From Antedon mediterranea (lineage: Eukaryota; Animalia; Echinodermata), in the NCBI RefSeq assembly GCF_964355755.1, contig NC_092679.1, forward strand, positions 7,284,201 to 7,348,200: a stretch of 64,000 nucleotides of DNA. Reading direction: 5' to 3'. The position numbers were made by a program, and so were the translations under genes. The notes under the pieces are model-generated. The model saw only the letters and a list, made by a program, of their open reading frames with translations. It was not told the DNA's origin and did not search any database. Shown in pieces: positions 37,531 to 52,780 of the stretch (positions within the stretch are counted from its first letter, which is position 1; the number at the start of each line of letters is the position of its first letter).

Positions 37531-39131
37531 CAAGCAACTTTAAAAACATTTTTATCTGACGGAGTTATATTGCTTTAGTAACTGTATTAATGATTGTATT
37601 GTATTGGTGGTTTTTTTTTAAAGTGTACAGCAATTTTATGATTCACTTGCGCTTATTTCTTTTTGTACAAACAAGAAATCAATACGGTAAATGCGGCGGG
37701 GAAACGAGAGTGGTAGTAAATGCTTGGCGAAACTCCAAATTTACTTCGTATTTTATCGCGAAACATTTCAGAATTTTTAGGGCTCTCTGCCTCTGCCCAA
37801 GGGACTCGTATCTGCAAACTTCATTCAATCTAATCTCGGTACACACTCTCTTGCTCTGCTTGTTTAAATGCTATTCGCGTTTTGTAACTCAGGGGATTTT
37901 TGGTTTTCATTACTTCACTATATGATGTTCATAGTTTGATCTAGCTCATACAAGGTTCACGAAGACTTCATGTTAAGTAATTACATCATACACCGTGCTA
38001 TTATAATACAAATGTGATATGTCCTGCATACGCCAGCTTGGTTAATACTTATAAAAGTGAAAGTTTACTTAAAATAGAGTACTTTGCAATTGAATAAATA
38101 TGGTTGAAATGTTCTGTATTTTCTATTATTATTGTTTCGAAAACCGAGACTTTGCAAGTTATACCAGAGAAGAGTTAACTCTTCCCTGGTTATACAGACC
38201 TGGTATACTTCCTATAAAACTAGGTAAGCAGTGCACCCAACGAGAGAACAATTGGAACCTTTTAAATTCCACTGTTTTCGTATAAAATACAGAGGAAAAA
38301 CCTACGCATGTACAATGCGCATCATGTCATTGCGCCTTGCTTGCGCAGTCAAGTCCACGGTGTTGATTACGTTAACACATAATCAATTTGGGAAACAACT
38401 AAACTTCAAATGGACAGTCTCTTTACGGCGGACTTGAACGAGTGGGTCAAGTGTTGGCCACTTGGTACGTGACCATTAGCCTATCAAAACTGTTTATTAT
38501 TATTATTTTAAGCCTTCAATGAACCTTTCAATACCTAATCCCTGTGGAATGACTCATCGCAGAGTACAGTACAGAACTGACCAGGTCATATCGGCCGTAC
38601 ATTGAGATTTTGCGCGCTGTAGCCTACAGCAAATAGGGGCGGGCGCCCACACGCTATTTATTACATTAGTTATTAGTATGTATAATATAGTTGAAATTTA
38701 ACTATTTAAATTTATTAACTATAATTCTATCATTCTGTTTTTCAACATGTACGATTAATGGTCACTTCATACCGGTCACTTTCATTCCACCCAACACACT
38801 TGGACAGGAGTCCGATAATTAGCCTTTAGAAATACATTGTCTGGACAATTTCAAACACTCCTAGAAATCTAATTACTGTTGAGAGAATATCTTGCTGATA
38901 ACCAGGTAAACTAAACGTTAATTTAGATAAAAATAGATATTAGTAACTTGTTAATGGAATACTGAGGTAGATACATAAAAAGCCTGGAACCGTGAAACGG
39001 TATAATGTAAAGAGTTTATTATGTACGTACGTTTCCCTATTGATTTGAGTACAAATACTTTTCAAAGATTTTAAGGTGAATAAAGATAAATAAACAAATC
39101 ACGAGACCGACTAATAATACGTATATTTACA

Positions 39132-39204
39132 TCGCAAATCGAAAACGTCAGTATTTTCGCAAATCGAAAACGTCGGTATTTTCGCAAATCGAAAACGTCA
39201 GTAT
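39132..39204. repeat. Tandem repeat, 25 bp x 3
   Basis: tcgcaaatcgaaaacgtc(a/g)gtattt. Confidence 0.85.
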
Positions 39205-42200
39205 AATGCATGCGCATTCTGATTTCCATCCATCCGCTTTTTGAGATGCGAGACTTGCACAACCAATCAGAACTCATGAATGTACGACGATTGCGCTAGT
39301 GGAAAACAGGCTTAAAAAGAGCGAAATATCAAATAAGGATCTTAGATTAAATCTTGAATCATGTGTAATCCTATAAATGTTACTAATTCCCAGAAACAAG
39401 CTTATCCTGACAGCAGGCTACATTGTGTGGTGTTTTAAAATAGAGCACACATCAAAATCTAGACCTGCCTGTTAGATGTTTCAATTTAACTCACCACAAA
39501 ACGACCGAGTTTGCTCAACCTTCCACCTCCCTTCCCCCGCGGGTTGATTTCAGACCTCGTACAAACCTCAAACAAGAAACATCCTCTAAAAGATTGATTG
39601 TTCAGTTAAGATTTTAAATTAAGCAAATGATTGATAACACAATTAGTTCGTAACAATCATATGGGGTTTATACATTTGGTTTCAGTAGTTTAAAATTCAA
39701 ATTGAGTAGTTTAGTAATAGTAGTACTTGAATCATTGTTATACGCGTTCTGCTGATGATGTGTTTGACGCGCGCAAACGCAGTTATAGAATGCTAGCGAA
39801 TAGGGCAAAAAAGATCTTAGCAGCTAACATGTTTTTATTTACTTCAAAACAAGATTAATGATGATTCAGAATACTTTAAATATTTGAATATTAAATAACA
39901 ATCAAGACAGAGTGTCCTTAATGTCTTGTTAATTTATCTTTAGTGATAATTTAAACAGATTGTTGGTGTTAAACTTGCGAGAAAACGAAATGACTCAAGG
40001 GAAAAATGTTGATTTGCTTGTGTGGTCTAAGGATGATATGTTGCCAGCGCTACCACAATCGAATAGTTTAATTTATGTATTCATTCAAAAGTACACATTT
40101 GGGTTTCGGTGTCCGTCAATGATTGTTTTGTATTATTATTTAAAAAAAAAATGTTTGTTTGTGAACCGAAAACAACGATGAGCTGGATGCGATGCAAGAG
40201 TTTGATTTACTTGGGCCTAACATAACATGACACTGATTTAAAAAACAAGAATTATTATTGACATGTATCATAGGTTATTGGCGTGTCATAGATTATTGAC
40301 GTGTCATAGGACAAACGTATTAATTATAAACAGTAAGAAACAATTAAACATATTTTACTTGATTTATGAGAGACCAAGCATGCGCACAAATGTGTTAACA
40401 GGTTTATTCAATTTTGTCTAGTTTTCGATATGACAAACTATAAACAGTCAGGGAATAACAACTTATGGTACCATCCCTCTCTTTTACCCCTATTAAAACA
40501 TACACTACATTTCAGTTAGGCCTACCACCTGTGTACCTTTTTACTATACAAATACAATGAACGCCATGAACACATTTTTCCACTTTTTGTGACGCAAAAA
40601 ATGCGCAAGCTGTATTATAGTTTCGCAGTTTAGTTTAATAGGTCTTATACGTTTCATGTTTAATATAACGATATTTTAATTTAGGCCTCTTAAATCCCGT
40701 TCTACATTAAAAACCGACTTGTTACATTTGAAGACGGAGGAGGGACGTGTTGTGAGCACCATAAACTAAACTAACATTATGAGTTATACCTTAGGCCTAA
40801 TATTTGATTCTGTAACCACAAATTTCTTAAAATAAGCTCGGCTTCGGGGCCTAAAACAACTCATGAGAATATCGCCATGTGGTCATGAAGCGCAAAACCA
40901 ACAAATCACAGTTTTTATAGACCTATTTGCAATTGAAATCCTTTTTTAAAAGACGATGTTAACATCTGATGAAGATTTGAATATGTAACAATTTAATAAG
41001 ATTAAGTATGGTGAAAATTTAAGAAAAAAACGAAACAAAGCTTTAACTGTTTCTTGTCACATAAGGCAGTAAATTGTCCGCTGATTATTGATTTTTGCCA
41101 GGCACGAATGCACCCTATCATATACCAGGGAAAATGCCTGTAGTTTTGTTCCCGAAACATTAAAGTCGGCCACAAATTTAGAAAGAGCACGTTCAGGTGT
41201 AGAGGCGGAGGCGGCCTATTGAACAAACCTTTGATGCCGTAACAAACTATTTGAAACTCGAAAAAAAATCTACGTTTATTTTTTTGACAAGATGAGTAAA
41301 GGGTTAAAAATGAACAAAATAGTGTTGATGTTCGGGTAGGTGATAATTATTAATGTATATACAATTTATATTAATAATGTACCTTGGTAATAACAAACGT
41401 GTTCACATTCATGTTGTAGAATGTAGTGCGTGTGTGTGGTAAAAGATGTTTCACCATCATGTCTTTCAAGACATAATACTAATTCGTTGCACTAAACACG
41501 ATTAGCAATATATTACAGGCATCGTGAATCACAAATACTCTACAATAATTTACAACATAAAATATTGTATAAGCATTTTCAAACACACATAACCAGACTA
41601 CTAAATTACAGAAGCAAACATTGAAATAAATAAATGTTATATCAAAAAGAAAAAAAAGAATATTATTTACAGAAAATTAGAATGTTGTGCTAAAACTTCT
41701 TTAATAATCATCCGGATGTAATTAATTCGTTCTTATATCAATCTTTATTGGTCGCGTTTCCTTAACAACTAAACGCAATGGAACGCCCAAAGTGGGAACA
41801 CTTTTTCTTAGATAGTAGTAGGCCTACCGTAATTTCTTTGGTTTAAATATTTTTCTATGACAATTGTCCATCTCTTGATCATAACTCAATAAGTGATTCA
41901 TCCACTTTATCGTTCGTTAATAAGATTATATAAAATAATTCATTTATCTAAATATTTTGTTTAGTAATTTGTTTTATATGCAATTAGCTGATATTTACTA
42001 ATTACTGATATCCAAAACAAGACACAAACCGGTAACACAAACAATTTATTAATTATATGTTACGTTTGCACCTGTCACGCTTCATCATTTTTCTTTAAGA
42101 TATTATTCCAGAAAGTAGAATTGAATTAAAATGAAATGATGGTAAAATGAAACTGTATTCTAGTAGTAAAATTTTATACGTAAACATCTTTCTCGATCTC

Positions 42201-45200
42201 TGTTGTTGATCGAAGAAATGCTCAAGATAAAATTTAAAAATTTGTTTATTAAAGTTTGTATTAATATTATTTATAAGCAGAACTTCTTTTTATTTTCAAC
42301 AAACTAGAAAACGAGAATAGAGAGAATGTACAAAATAAGACAGATATCGGACACGTGCTGAAGGACAACTTTGCTAAATAACGATTTAGCATTTTAACTT
42401 TTTGATCTAGTTAACAATTCTTAGGAAAAGGTATTCTTTAACAGACAAAAAGTGTGTACTAATCGTCTTTTACATGGTACAATGGAAAGTATTTAGCAAA
42501 ACAAACACATCGACCAGATGAATACAACAGATAAAGTAAGAAAGAGTTCAGTTTATTTAGTAACTCAGTTTGATTGTTGATGAATGCACATTGACAGTTT
42601 CTATAACGTTAGATGGATTTGTTGGGTACTATATACTTAATCTACTATGAATAAACCACTCTTCAGTAAATATACCCACTTGACTTGTGTTCCTTTGATA
42701 CTTTATTACATCATCTAAAACAACTTGAATGCCAATCATTATTATCTAAAATTTGATTTTAAAAGGTTTTAAATTTAACACATGAAAATCCAAGGTGAAC
42801 ATACTGATACGGTGATAGAAACTACAATAGGGAACGTAGCAAAGTTCACAATTTCAGAAACCTAACCTCAAAAAATGATTAATGCACGCGTATTTATCCA
42901 ATTAAACTTGATTCCGACGAGTAATTGCTTATAAACAATCAAATTATTTGTATGTGCATATGTGACACCTGCATAACAGGTGTTCTCAAGCCGTTATTGA
43001 TCTACAAAGGTGAGTCGGTAATTTTTGTTTGGTGTACCGCACGCTGGGCCTACACGTGTGTTATAATATTTAGATACATCATGCACTTCGAATAAAAATC
43101 ATTTGCAGCAATAAAAACGTTGTGAACGATAATATTGCAGCAATGACGTTGGTTGATCTGTGGGAAAACAGCTGGTCTAAGTCTCGGAAGCCATGTGCAT
43201 AGCAAACGCACCACCGGTGGGAAAACAAGGCCTGTCAGAGCCCTCCAGAGCTGTAGGGTGACCCGCGCTGTGGGCTGCTCAGTAAGCGGGCCAAGTTTTA
43301 CACAGCAACTAGGTTGTTTACACTTGATCCCGTGAGAAGTGGACTAATCAATGGAAAATCATTATAATTTTTGAGCTAATTAAATTGGTTAATAACAAGA
43401 AATATTACGACATATTTTAATTGTGGGATCTGCGGATTAAATATAGCCTAGATTACACGAATTGAATACTATTTCTTTTCACTTCCAGTACCACATAAAG
43501 GTGTTCCTTTGCATTTTGTAAAATGAATCTAGTAAACATGTTTTATTTACAAAGCAAAATATGTATCTAAGACGGAGGAATAACCACTTGGTGATTGGTT
43601 GAGATTTCTCTTTACATTACAATGTAACATTTTAGATATTGGATACAAAAGAAGATGTAATAGGCTTAGCTGGAAAGATTTCGAAATTTTAAGGCATTGT
43701 TCAGAACGTTAGTTCCGGAAATGCACACTCGTTTTAAAAGACGGACTTGCGAAAAAGGAAAACAGCAGAAGACCTACAAATTATCACACACATCACGTGG
43801 AAATAATATAAAAAAAGACGAATACGTGATATTAATGTTTCCCACGAGAAAAGAAAACTTCCATAGTACCAGTAACCCGGATGTTGTCTGTCGCAATTAT
43901 TAGTCACAAGGGATACAATGAATATTTTGTATTTACTTAATTAATGTAACGGTTAAATACTATTGTTAATATGATATTATTATTATTCTATTTATACAAT
44001 TACAAAACGTCAAATATAACACCAAGTACTGTCCTACGCTTTTGGATAGTTGTTATATACCAACCATGGAGAATACGTTACGAGTACAGTACAAATTATT
44101 TTATCCACATGGTGTCTACAAATACAAACTTTGCAGACCCATTTACTAGTTTGCTGAAAGATTAAAGCTAAATTTGGACATTCTGATCTGAAGCTTACCC
44201 GCGACTAGTTGAACTAACAATAAAAACAACAATTTGTATAAATGTTGTATATTTAAACCAATAGTTTATGTTAAAAGGAACAAGGCATGTACAGCAGGCC
44301 TACACATCACCTTGGAATAGCCAAGTACTTGTGTGGGCTACAAGACCTCGAATATCTTCCGTAATAATGGTTAAGGCCCACAAGAATCATATTCCCATGG
44401 TAGAAAAGTTATACATATAAAGTGTAAAAAGGGAACTCTTAAAAAAAAAACACCGACAAAAATAGTTGTTTAAATGTTTTAACGGAATAATCACTATTGC
44501 GTGACAAATATTGGCAACTATAAGCAGTGAAACGTCGGTATTACGTCATCATTAGGACCGAGTCACAAAAGGTTATACAAAACTGCTATATATTAATAAT
44601 ATTGCTTATAGTATAAAATAAATATTTTCGATATTAATTTTTCTATTTGCGATTCTGGTACAAAACAAATTATAAGTTGGCGGACACTGGGAAATATTGA
44701 TTGGCAATACATATGGTACAATTTATAAATAAAGAATAAAAAAGAGAATATATCAATAGGCCTATAGCCTACGTCAAAACAAGAATTCAATTTATAAGTT
44801 TGAATTCATGTGTAATAGGTAGGCCTACTTTTAATATAGCTGAAACAAACAAATGTATTGAATAAACAAAAGTAATCTATATTAAACAATCGTGGAAGTA
44901 TTGAAACAATAAAGTATTTTAAGCAAACAAGAGTAGCCCCACATTAATCATGAAACTGCTAACATTTGAAACACATCCAGGGAACGGAAACAATAATGTC
45001 CTTCACAGCCAAATTGTCACATATGTCGTGAATTATTTGCTACTAATACCTTGTATAAATTGTCCAGCCTTCTAAATAAAAACATTACCTTTAGAATGGC
45101 ATTAATGACTTGAACACGTACGGTTATCGAAATGCCTGCCATCCTAAAATAACACAATTACTTTAAGTGTCATTTATTAGGTATCAATTCGAGGACAGGG

Positions 45201-48200
45201 TTGTGTGTTTAAAGAAATTAATGTAACAAATCTTTTGGCGTAAAATAACTATTACAACTAGCTGAAAAAACAATTAAAAATTATACTGAATCAATATTCA
45301 ATACGTAATAAAGTTATACAGTACTATTATCTGGAAATCAGTATTAAATGTAGGCCTAAGTTCACTTCACTCTCATTGTACACTTAAAAACCAATCTAGA
45401 CATGTATATTTAGTTAAATAAAATATAATATTGCGTAAACGACAAAGATAATCTGAGTAAAAAGTCGTCTCCAATGAAATCCACTTCTAAAGAGAGACAT
45501 TGCGCCTCGTGACGAATAGGGATAAAACAGTGTACGGCTAAATATCTATTTTAAAGTTGACGCCAATCGTAGAAAAAAAACTAGGCCTACAGATATTTTT
45601 AATAGACAAAAGTCAAACATGTTTAAGGTGTTTTCGAATTGTATCAATGACGTGGATACAAACACCTCCATCGTGCAATGAATAGCCCATACTATAGTAT
45701 ATCATAAAACACAACAAAAATTAGCCCCATGTTAGCTAATAATAAAAATATAATTGAATACACTTGTTTAACGAGTGGGACCTGTCAAAATGATCTAATA
45801 CACAGCATATACATTCTCAAGTAAACTACAACTAATGCATTATCCATAGCTTAGTCGTTTCCATGAGGTAAAATTTAAATTTCTCCTGAGACTAAAACCC
45901 ATATAAAATGAAGCGGGGAACAGAGCAACAGAGGAAATGTGACGTTCTTTCTACACTTGTGCGAGGACTGAGAATCAAGTTTTGGTTTTCTCATCAAAAT
46001 ACCAACACCCGATTGAACAAGAAGCGGTATTCTGTCTTCCATAAACCTCACCTTGAAAATATTGATGTGGTAGAAAATGAAATTGATTGGTGCAATCAGC
46101 AAGGAATGATCCTAAAGGTATATTAACACGTGGCTGTAAGAATTCACCGCCTAATTATAAAATCAAATCATTTTTGTTTCTATGTTTCCTAATTTTCATC
46201 ATCATTATTAACGTCGTTGCTGCTATAAATAAATCCTAAAACAACGATATCAGTTATTGATACTAACAACTGTTTCCTCTTTTTTCCTCTATGCGAAATA
46301 CCTAACTCAACAAATGCTTTCCTTTTCTTTCCTCTATACGAGATACCTAACTCTTTTACTCTTTAGGAAATAGGTAACCCGCCATTGTGTCACCAGTATT
46401 TCCTTTTAAGTACGAAAGGTCTATAGGAGGCGCTACATATCTTGTATTCCCTGGCAAATTCATACAATCAAGATCTATTACATAAATATTATTAGTAGTT
46501 TCATAAAATTAGTATAATTCATAACTGCTCTGCTATCGGATTGTAAAAATGGTCTAAAAAATACATATTTCTCTAAAAATGGCGAATGGCTAAAGGGAAA
46601 ATAAGAGATACCCCATCTCAAAACTAAGTTTTTGTTGTCATTCGTTTAGGAAGTGATTGGATTGGTTGAGACGCTATTTACTATGCAGACTATAACTGAA
46701 ATATATTAACGTAAATAACGTTTTCATATTTGACAACTATTGGCTAAAGGGGTCTAACTATACATAGCAATTAATTAACTATAAACGATATTTTGCTTTG
46801 TGCGAAATTAAGATTAGTATAATTCAGGTTATTTCAACTTCTCTCTTGTGCGTTATCGTGGACAAACCAGCTCATTTTTGCAGGAATTGAGATTTACTAC
46901 AACTCACTCTCAGCGTTCTTTTACAGTGACTCATCTTATAAACTTTAAATGTTAAAAAATGATTCATATTTTGTCTACGGTATTCAAATGAACAACAGTG
47001 AAAATGTTTGAATGAATTTGTTTTGTTAGGCCTTTGATTTCGATGTAACTACTAGTAGCAACGGGGCTAGTAATGATCTGCTAAGAACGCTAAGGCAAAC
47101 ACAAATTGACTGGTTTGGAAATTGTCGAAACTTCGTTTAATTAAAGAGCATGTCCGTTCAAATATGACAAGTTGATATTTCATATTTTTTCAGACCATAC
47201 ATTATTGTAATGTTTTTTAAATCCACTCTCTTTTTCTGAAAATCGTTTTTTAACTTGCAAAGCAAAACAACAAAGAAACAACGAGGCCATTGTCATTCTT
47301 GCACAGTGCTAACAGTCAGACATTACGCATTTCCCTTATCAATACACACAGGTGTGTTATATATCTTACCTGTATACCGCCTAATATAAAATTTACCAAT
47401 CAACAACAAGAACGCATTGAGCAAAACAATAATACCCTATTTCGCAATTTTTTATTTGCCTTTACCTCTGGGCAAATGCAGCCATTGCCATAAGCATATC
47501 GGTTTAGGTTTCAATTGAATTAAACAGTTTATTATTCGCGGAAATGAGAGTACCTGTGAAATAATTTCATCTAACATGCTTAAGTCGTCAATAAGACTTT
47601 TAGACAGACAAAGTTACGTGCGCGTACACAAATTGTTTTGTATTAACAGTGTTTTAACGCGCACGTTCACACAATGTTCTGTATTAACAGTGCTTTAACG
47701 CGCACGTATACAAATTGTTCTGTTATAATTATATTAAACAGTGTAACATTTTTTTGCGACGTATAGGATGATTTTTTGTTGCTTCATCCGATCTATATTA
47801 CAACTAAATATACGGTAGTTATCTGACCAAACTAGAGCGTTGATTTTGTGCTCCATTATTGTACCGGTATTTCATATAAATTACACCGTCAAATAGATTG
47901 TTTCTATTGGCAAATATTACAAGATATCCGTTGAAAAATAATGTAGGCCTACCGTACCGCCGGAAAACTCAAGTGAAATCTTTCAACTTTATGATGGAGA
48001 TTGAAGTTACAGTCAAAGATGTGATGATCATCAATAATTGGGTTAGAGGATTTGGAGATAAGTACATTCCAAAGGTAACAAGTGTAAAACGAAAGATTCT
48101 CATAATTATGTCCTAAATTGAAGACTCAAGATTGAAGATAAATTGAAGAATTTCAAATGTTGTTTAGCTTTTGTCAAAAAAAGGAAAGCGTTTCGTGTTT

Positions 48201-49274
48201 CATATTTTCTCAATGTAATTTTATCATGATACAATGTTTTGTTTGCGAAAGGAAAATGTCCTCAGGCGGCAGTGGCAATACCATCCACTGCTGTATCAAT
48301 TTTGTTTCATTAATTTATAGAAACGATATATTTTGGTGTTGTGTTACAATTAGGAGGCTTTGGATTTCATACCTAAGCCCGATACCGAATTGAAACACTT
48401 GTTTACTCAAGCGAGAGCACTATAAGATAGTAGTGTATCGCGTGGCAGAAAGTAGGTGAGCAAAAAAGTGGAAAACTTGTTGCTGCAACATATGACCAGC
48501 GGCAATACAAATCTCCTGCTGTGTAATAAGTGGTATATAACCAACAACTGTTAACCAAATTTGAACCTATCCACCTGCATCTAATTTTAATGTGGACTTT
48601 TAACTGCAGAGCATAAATCGTACCGATTGTATTGCACAGAGACCACTTGTGGTGTATCCGAGTAATTACCGTCCTACGAATCCAATAACTATTACAGTAC
48701 TTCTCCGTAATATTATTTAAAGTAGTTTTATCCAAACTTTGTATTATTTTACGATCAAATTTGAAATGAATTATTCTTTTCATACAAATTTCAAAGCCAA
48801 TGGATCGTGACTCTTGGCGCTTAAAATTAAATCGCGCGTATTAAACGCGGAATATTACCCGCAGTGGCGTGATAAGTCTTGCTGACACGGTCACTTTAAG
48901 GAGATTTCACGTGTTTATGTTCCTCATCAAAAATACTCGTCATCAGCGGAAATGTCTGGTGGCTATCAACTACAACAATAAAACAACTATAAATACACTA
49001 ATTACCTATCAGGAAAAACTAATGCTTTTATATATAATCACTTTGTTCTAGACCGAAATTACGCTTAGTAATACTAATTTGTTTTGGAAAGAAACTGTGT
49101 TGATGGGTGGATTTAATTACCAAACCACACAGTATAAATTGTTTATATTAGAAAGAGGACAAGTTTTTAGATTGATGGTACTTTTACTGGTAGAAAATAT
49201 TATCTACTAGCAAGCATGGCTATGATGTGTAGAGAAAAATGGGTGTGCATATTTTATTTTCAAAGAAAATGAAT

Positions 49275-49726
49275 CAGTGACATCATGAGACAAAAAGTTG
49301 GCGCGCGCGTATAAACACCGTACTTTTTCAGTGACATGACGGAAAATTGACGCACGCTTACAAACACCGTTTCTTCTTGTTTGTGAAAGCATAACAAGAC
49401 ATAAAGTTGACGCGGGCGTACAAACATCGTATCTTATTGTTAGTGAAATTATAACAAGACATAAAGTTGACGCGCGCGTACAAACATCGTATTTTCTTGT
49501 TAGTAAAATTATAACAAGACATCAAGTTGACGCGCGCGTACAAACATCGTATCTCCTTGTTAGTTAAATTATAACAAGACATAAAGTTGACGCGCGCGTA
49601 CAAACATCGTATCTTCTTGTTAGTGAAATTATAACAAGACATAAAGTTGACGCGCGCGTACAAACATCGTATCTTCTTGTTAGTGAAATTATAACAAGAC
49701 ATAAAGTTGAGGTGCGCGTACAAACA
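49275..49726. repeat. Minisatellite, 60 bp unit, ~6 good copies plus a degenerate left flank
   Basis: ttagtgaaattataacaagacataaagttgacgcgcgcgtacaaacatcgtatcttcttg. Confidence 0.95.
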
Positions 49727-52696
49727 ACTTTTCATTGTCATCATTTATTTATTCATTTATAGGCATACTACAGTATTGTAAATTTTGAATGTGAACGGCA
49801 TATTGCGACCTTTAATTTAGGGTAAGAGGAGGGTGGACATAGGCGACAGTGATGACGTAAGAGACATACGTTTGGGATAACAATTACAAAAGAATATAAA
49901 GACGTTTTACGTCATCAATCATTCCCGCGAGAGGGTGTAGTGTAAACATTGTTAAACCACCGTCTCAACTAAACCATTATAAACGTAAATATTATTTATA
50001 TTATCATCTCATAAAATGATTACGCTTTTGTCAAGTATGGCACGCATTAAGCGCACAAAATGGTTTCAAATGTAGGCCTACTTTATTATATAAGCGATCT
50101 TCTTTCCCGAACGTCACAAGACTATACACAGCTGTCGAGTCGAAAAGCCATTCCCCACAATGCTCAGAATTTTGCGCAGATTGGTAAAAGGTCGCTGTTA
50201 CAATGTACTATCAGTGTTGTAGTAATCCTTTGGTTGAAGAATATGTCTAACCTTAGGTGAATACCAGGTACTTCCCAAAATGTGCTATGCTCGGCCTCAC
50301 AAAGAGACAATGGGAAGAATACGTAATCGATGTATTATTACGAACTTCACAGACGCGTTCTTTAGTTCTTCCTGATCGTTGATTAAAATTGACTGGATTT
50401 AAATTTGTCAATCACTAAGAATAATCAGGACAATATTTCAATTGACCATATTATACTTCGAGTGAAACTCAGGAACTAAGCATGCACTTAACTAATTGAT
50501 TGCTTTGCAATTCACTGAACAATAAAAATGAACAATTTAAACGTTTTATCGTCGCGATTGTTTCAGATAGAGCTTGAAGAAATTCCTGTTTGTAAGTCAT
50601 TTAATTAACACTAAACTGTGTTTTAAAATATCAAGTTACAACATTGTCGGAAGAGGGCGTACTATTATTATTATTATTGTATTCCCAAATTTAGTCACGT
50701 TAGTTACTTTTTTATTTCGTAGACATTTTTTAAAAGTTGATGTGTCAAAAATAGGACGTGTATGGAATGTATTACTTTTACATTAGCTAGTTTTACTAAG
50801 TATACGATTCAAATTGTTCTGGCGACCAGTCTCTTATAAAAGCAACTAATACCATGAAAAGAAAATGTATTTATAATGAATAAAATGGAAATGAGAAAAA
50901 TAAAGATAGGCCTACCCACAAAAGAGAGAGAAAAAAGAAACATTTAGAAATCTGATAATGGGAAATCTCAAGATAGTATATAAGAAAAAGTTTTCATGTC
51001 ACAATTTCACGGTCTCAAAACACCTGTAATACTTGAAAGGAACCGCTACACCAGTTACCTTGTCAAACATGTAGGAATATGCCCGAAAGCTAGTCACATG
51101 ACACAGGATACTTAATTTAATTTACTAAAGATACTTAAGTTCAAACTTCTTGCACACGTTTAACTCGATAATGTAAAAATATACAGAAATACGCGACTGG
51201 AGTTAGCGTTACACGAAAGGTGTAACAACTAGTTTATGTTACCTGTAATTAATACTTTTAGATTCAGTAAGAAGCCTGTTTGAATGTATATATACAATGA
51301 CTAGAATATTACAATTGGAAGTGTTTAATATATGCTTCATCAACTTTAGCGGTGAAATCAAACATAACTTGTAAACTAAGAAGTTCTTCAACTAAGAATT
51401 AGTACAAGCAATGTATTCATTTTAAAGTTACGTCAAGGATAGGTTTAAGTAAGCGAGAAGTGTTTAATTAAAATAGATGTTAATAGCCGTTTGTTAACAT
51501 GCACCAAATATTGAGATTACATTTCGTTTTAATGACAGTATCACGATAGGCGGTTTGCAGACCTAGTACAACCAGCACTCGATTAGTACTAAGCCAAAAA
51601 CTGGTAATTCTTCAATTTCAAAAAAAGGTAAAATAAATATATTGAAACAACAAACGGACATTTGATAAACTACCGTACAATATGAATAATCGATAACATT
51701 ACGGGGTTTAATAAATAATTCCCGATGGTTTAGGCAAGAAGGGGAAGTGTAGACAGCTTCTCTCGGAGAGGTTGAACTACCATTTAGAAACTTAAGATCG
51801 CCACTAATTGGCCGGAATCTTAAAAAAAAAAAAAGATTTTCAAAATGTAGGCCTATATAATAAACGTCGAAATACATTTTAGTACAACGTTGGTTATCTA
51901 TATTGGAACAACTTTCTACAAAAGAGAATGAACACATGCGTGATCAACAAAATACTCCTACAGACAGTTAACATTTTTAATTCACCGAGAGAAATTATTA
52001 TTGCAAAAATAAATTTAGAAAAAAAAAATGGTGAAAGATTGTCTCCGCAGAGATTAAATTCATATTCCAAATATTTACTCATTTAAATGATATTATAATA
52101 TAATTTCCTGTGTGCGGAGATGTATTCTGACAGATTCCACCAGCCTCAGCCTGTCATAATACTGTCACAGATCTGGTAGGAAAAGTCAAGATCAGATAAA
52201 TTATGAAATTTGATTTTAAAATGATAATCCAATTATTACGCTAGTTTAGGGAAAGTTTTGTGAGGAGAAAGTGTGGGATGGGAGGGGGGTTGTTATTTGG
52301 TGGCTCGGTTACAGTTTGTAACGAACATTGTAGCTAGCTATACTACTACTGTGCTCAAGAATGTGCTGGTGTGAAAAACCAACGCAAAATGAGAAAACAT
52401 ACAAGTTAAAAGGGCGAGTTTTAAAGCCTAACGAATTGAAGTTGCCCGACGGACAGAAACACGTCGCAATATTGAAGTAGACGAAATGAAAAAAAAGAGG
52501 CTTAATACAAGGAAGGAGAGCGATAACCACGCTTTGACGAATGGGTAGAAAACTTAAAAGCGATCGCAGAGACGTCGTAAAAAATAGATCTATGTTTTAT
52601 TAGGAATTTTAAAACTAAATCTGTAGGAGCAATAGAAACAAAAATATAAAATGGCAATTATTATGGTAGTACCATAGTGTTTATCATCGGAAAGAT

Positions 52697-52780
52697 AAAC
52701 AAGGCCATATACATGGCTGCAGTCGCGTGCTCAAGTTAGTGTTTACCAACCAACCGACCGACATAGTTGCGACTAAAAAT
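52697..52780. mobile_element. DINE-1-like short element, copy 2
   Basis: Near-identical 5' ~55 bp to the 37415 copy, shorter microsatellite, ends tgcgactaaaaa. Confidence 0.55.

Noticed and set aside
23300-38660. BMP-responsive GGCGCC-N5-GTCT elements for autoregulation
   Set aside because: GGCGCC cores at ~23308 and ~38642 lack the correctly spaced GTCT/AGAC partner
48200-48783. 126 aa minus-strand ORF or a very decayed LINE
   Set aside because: No recognisable motifs; only a faint RT-tail resemblance with stops, not supportable
49358-49744. 128 aa Cys-containing repeat ORF (and the 60668-61024 ORF)
   Set aside because: Translations of 60 bp and 51 bp minisatellites
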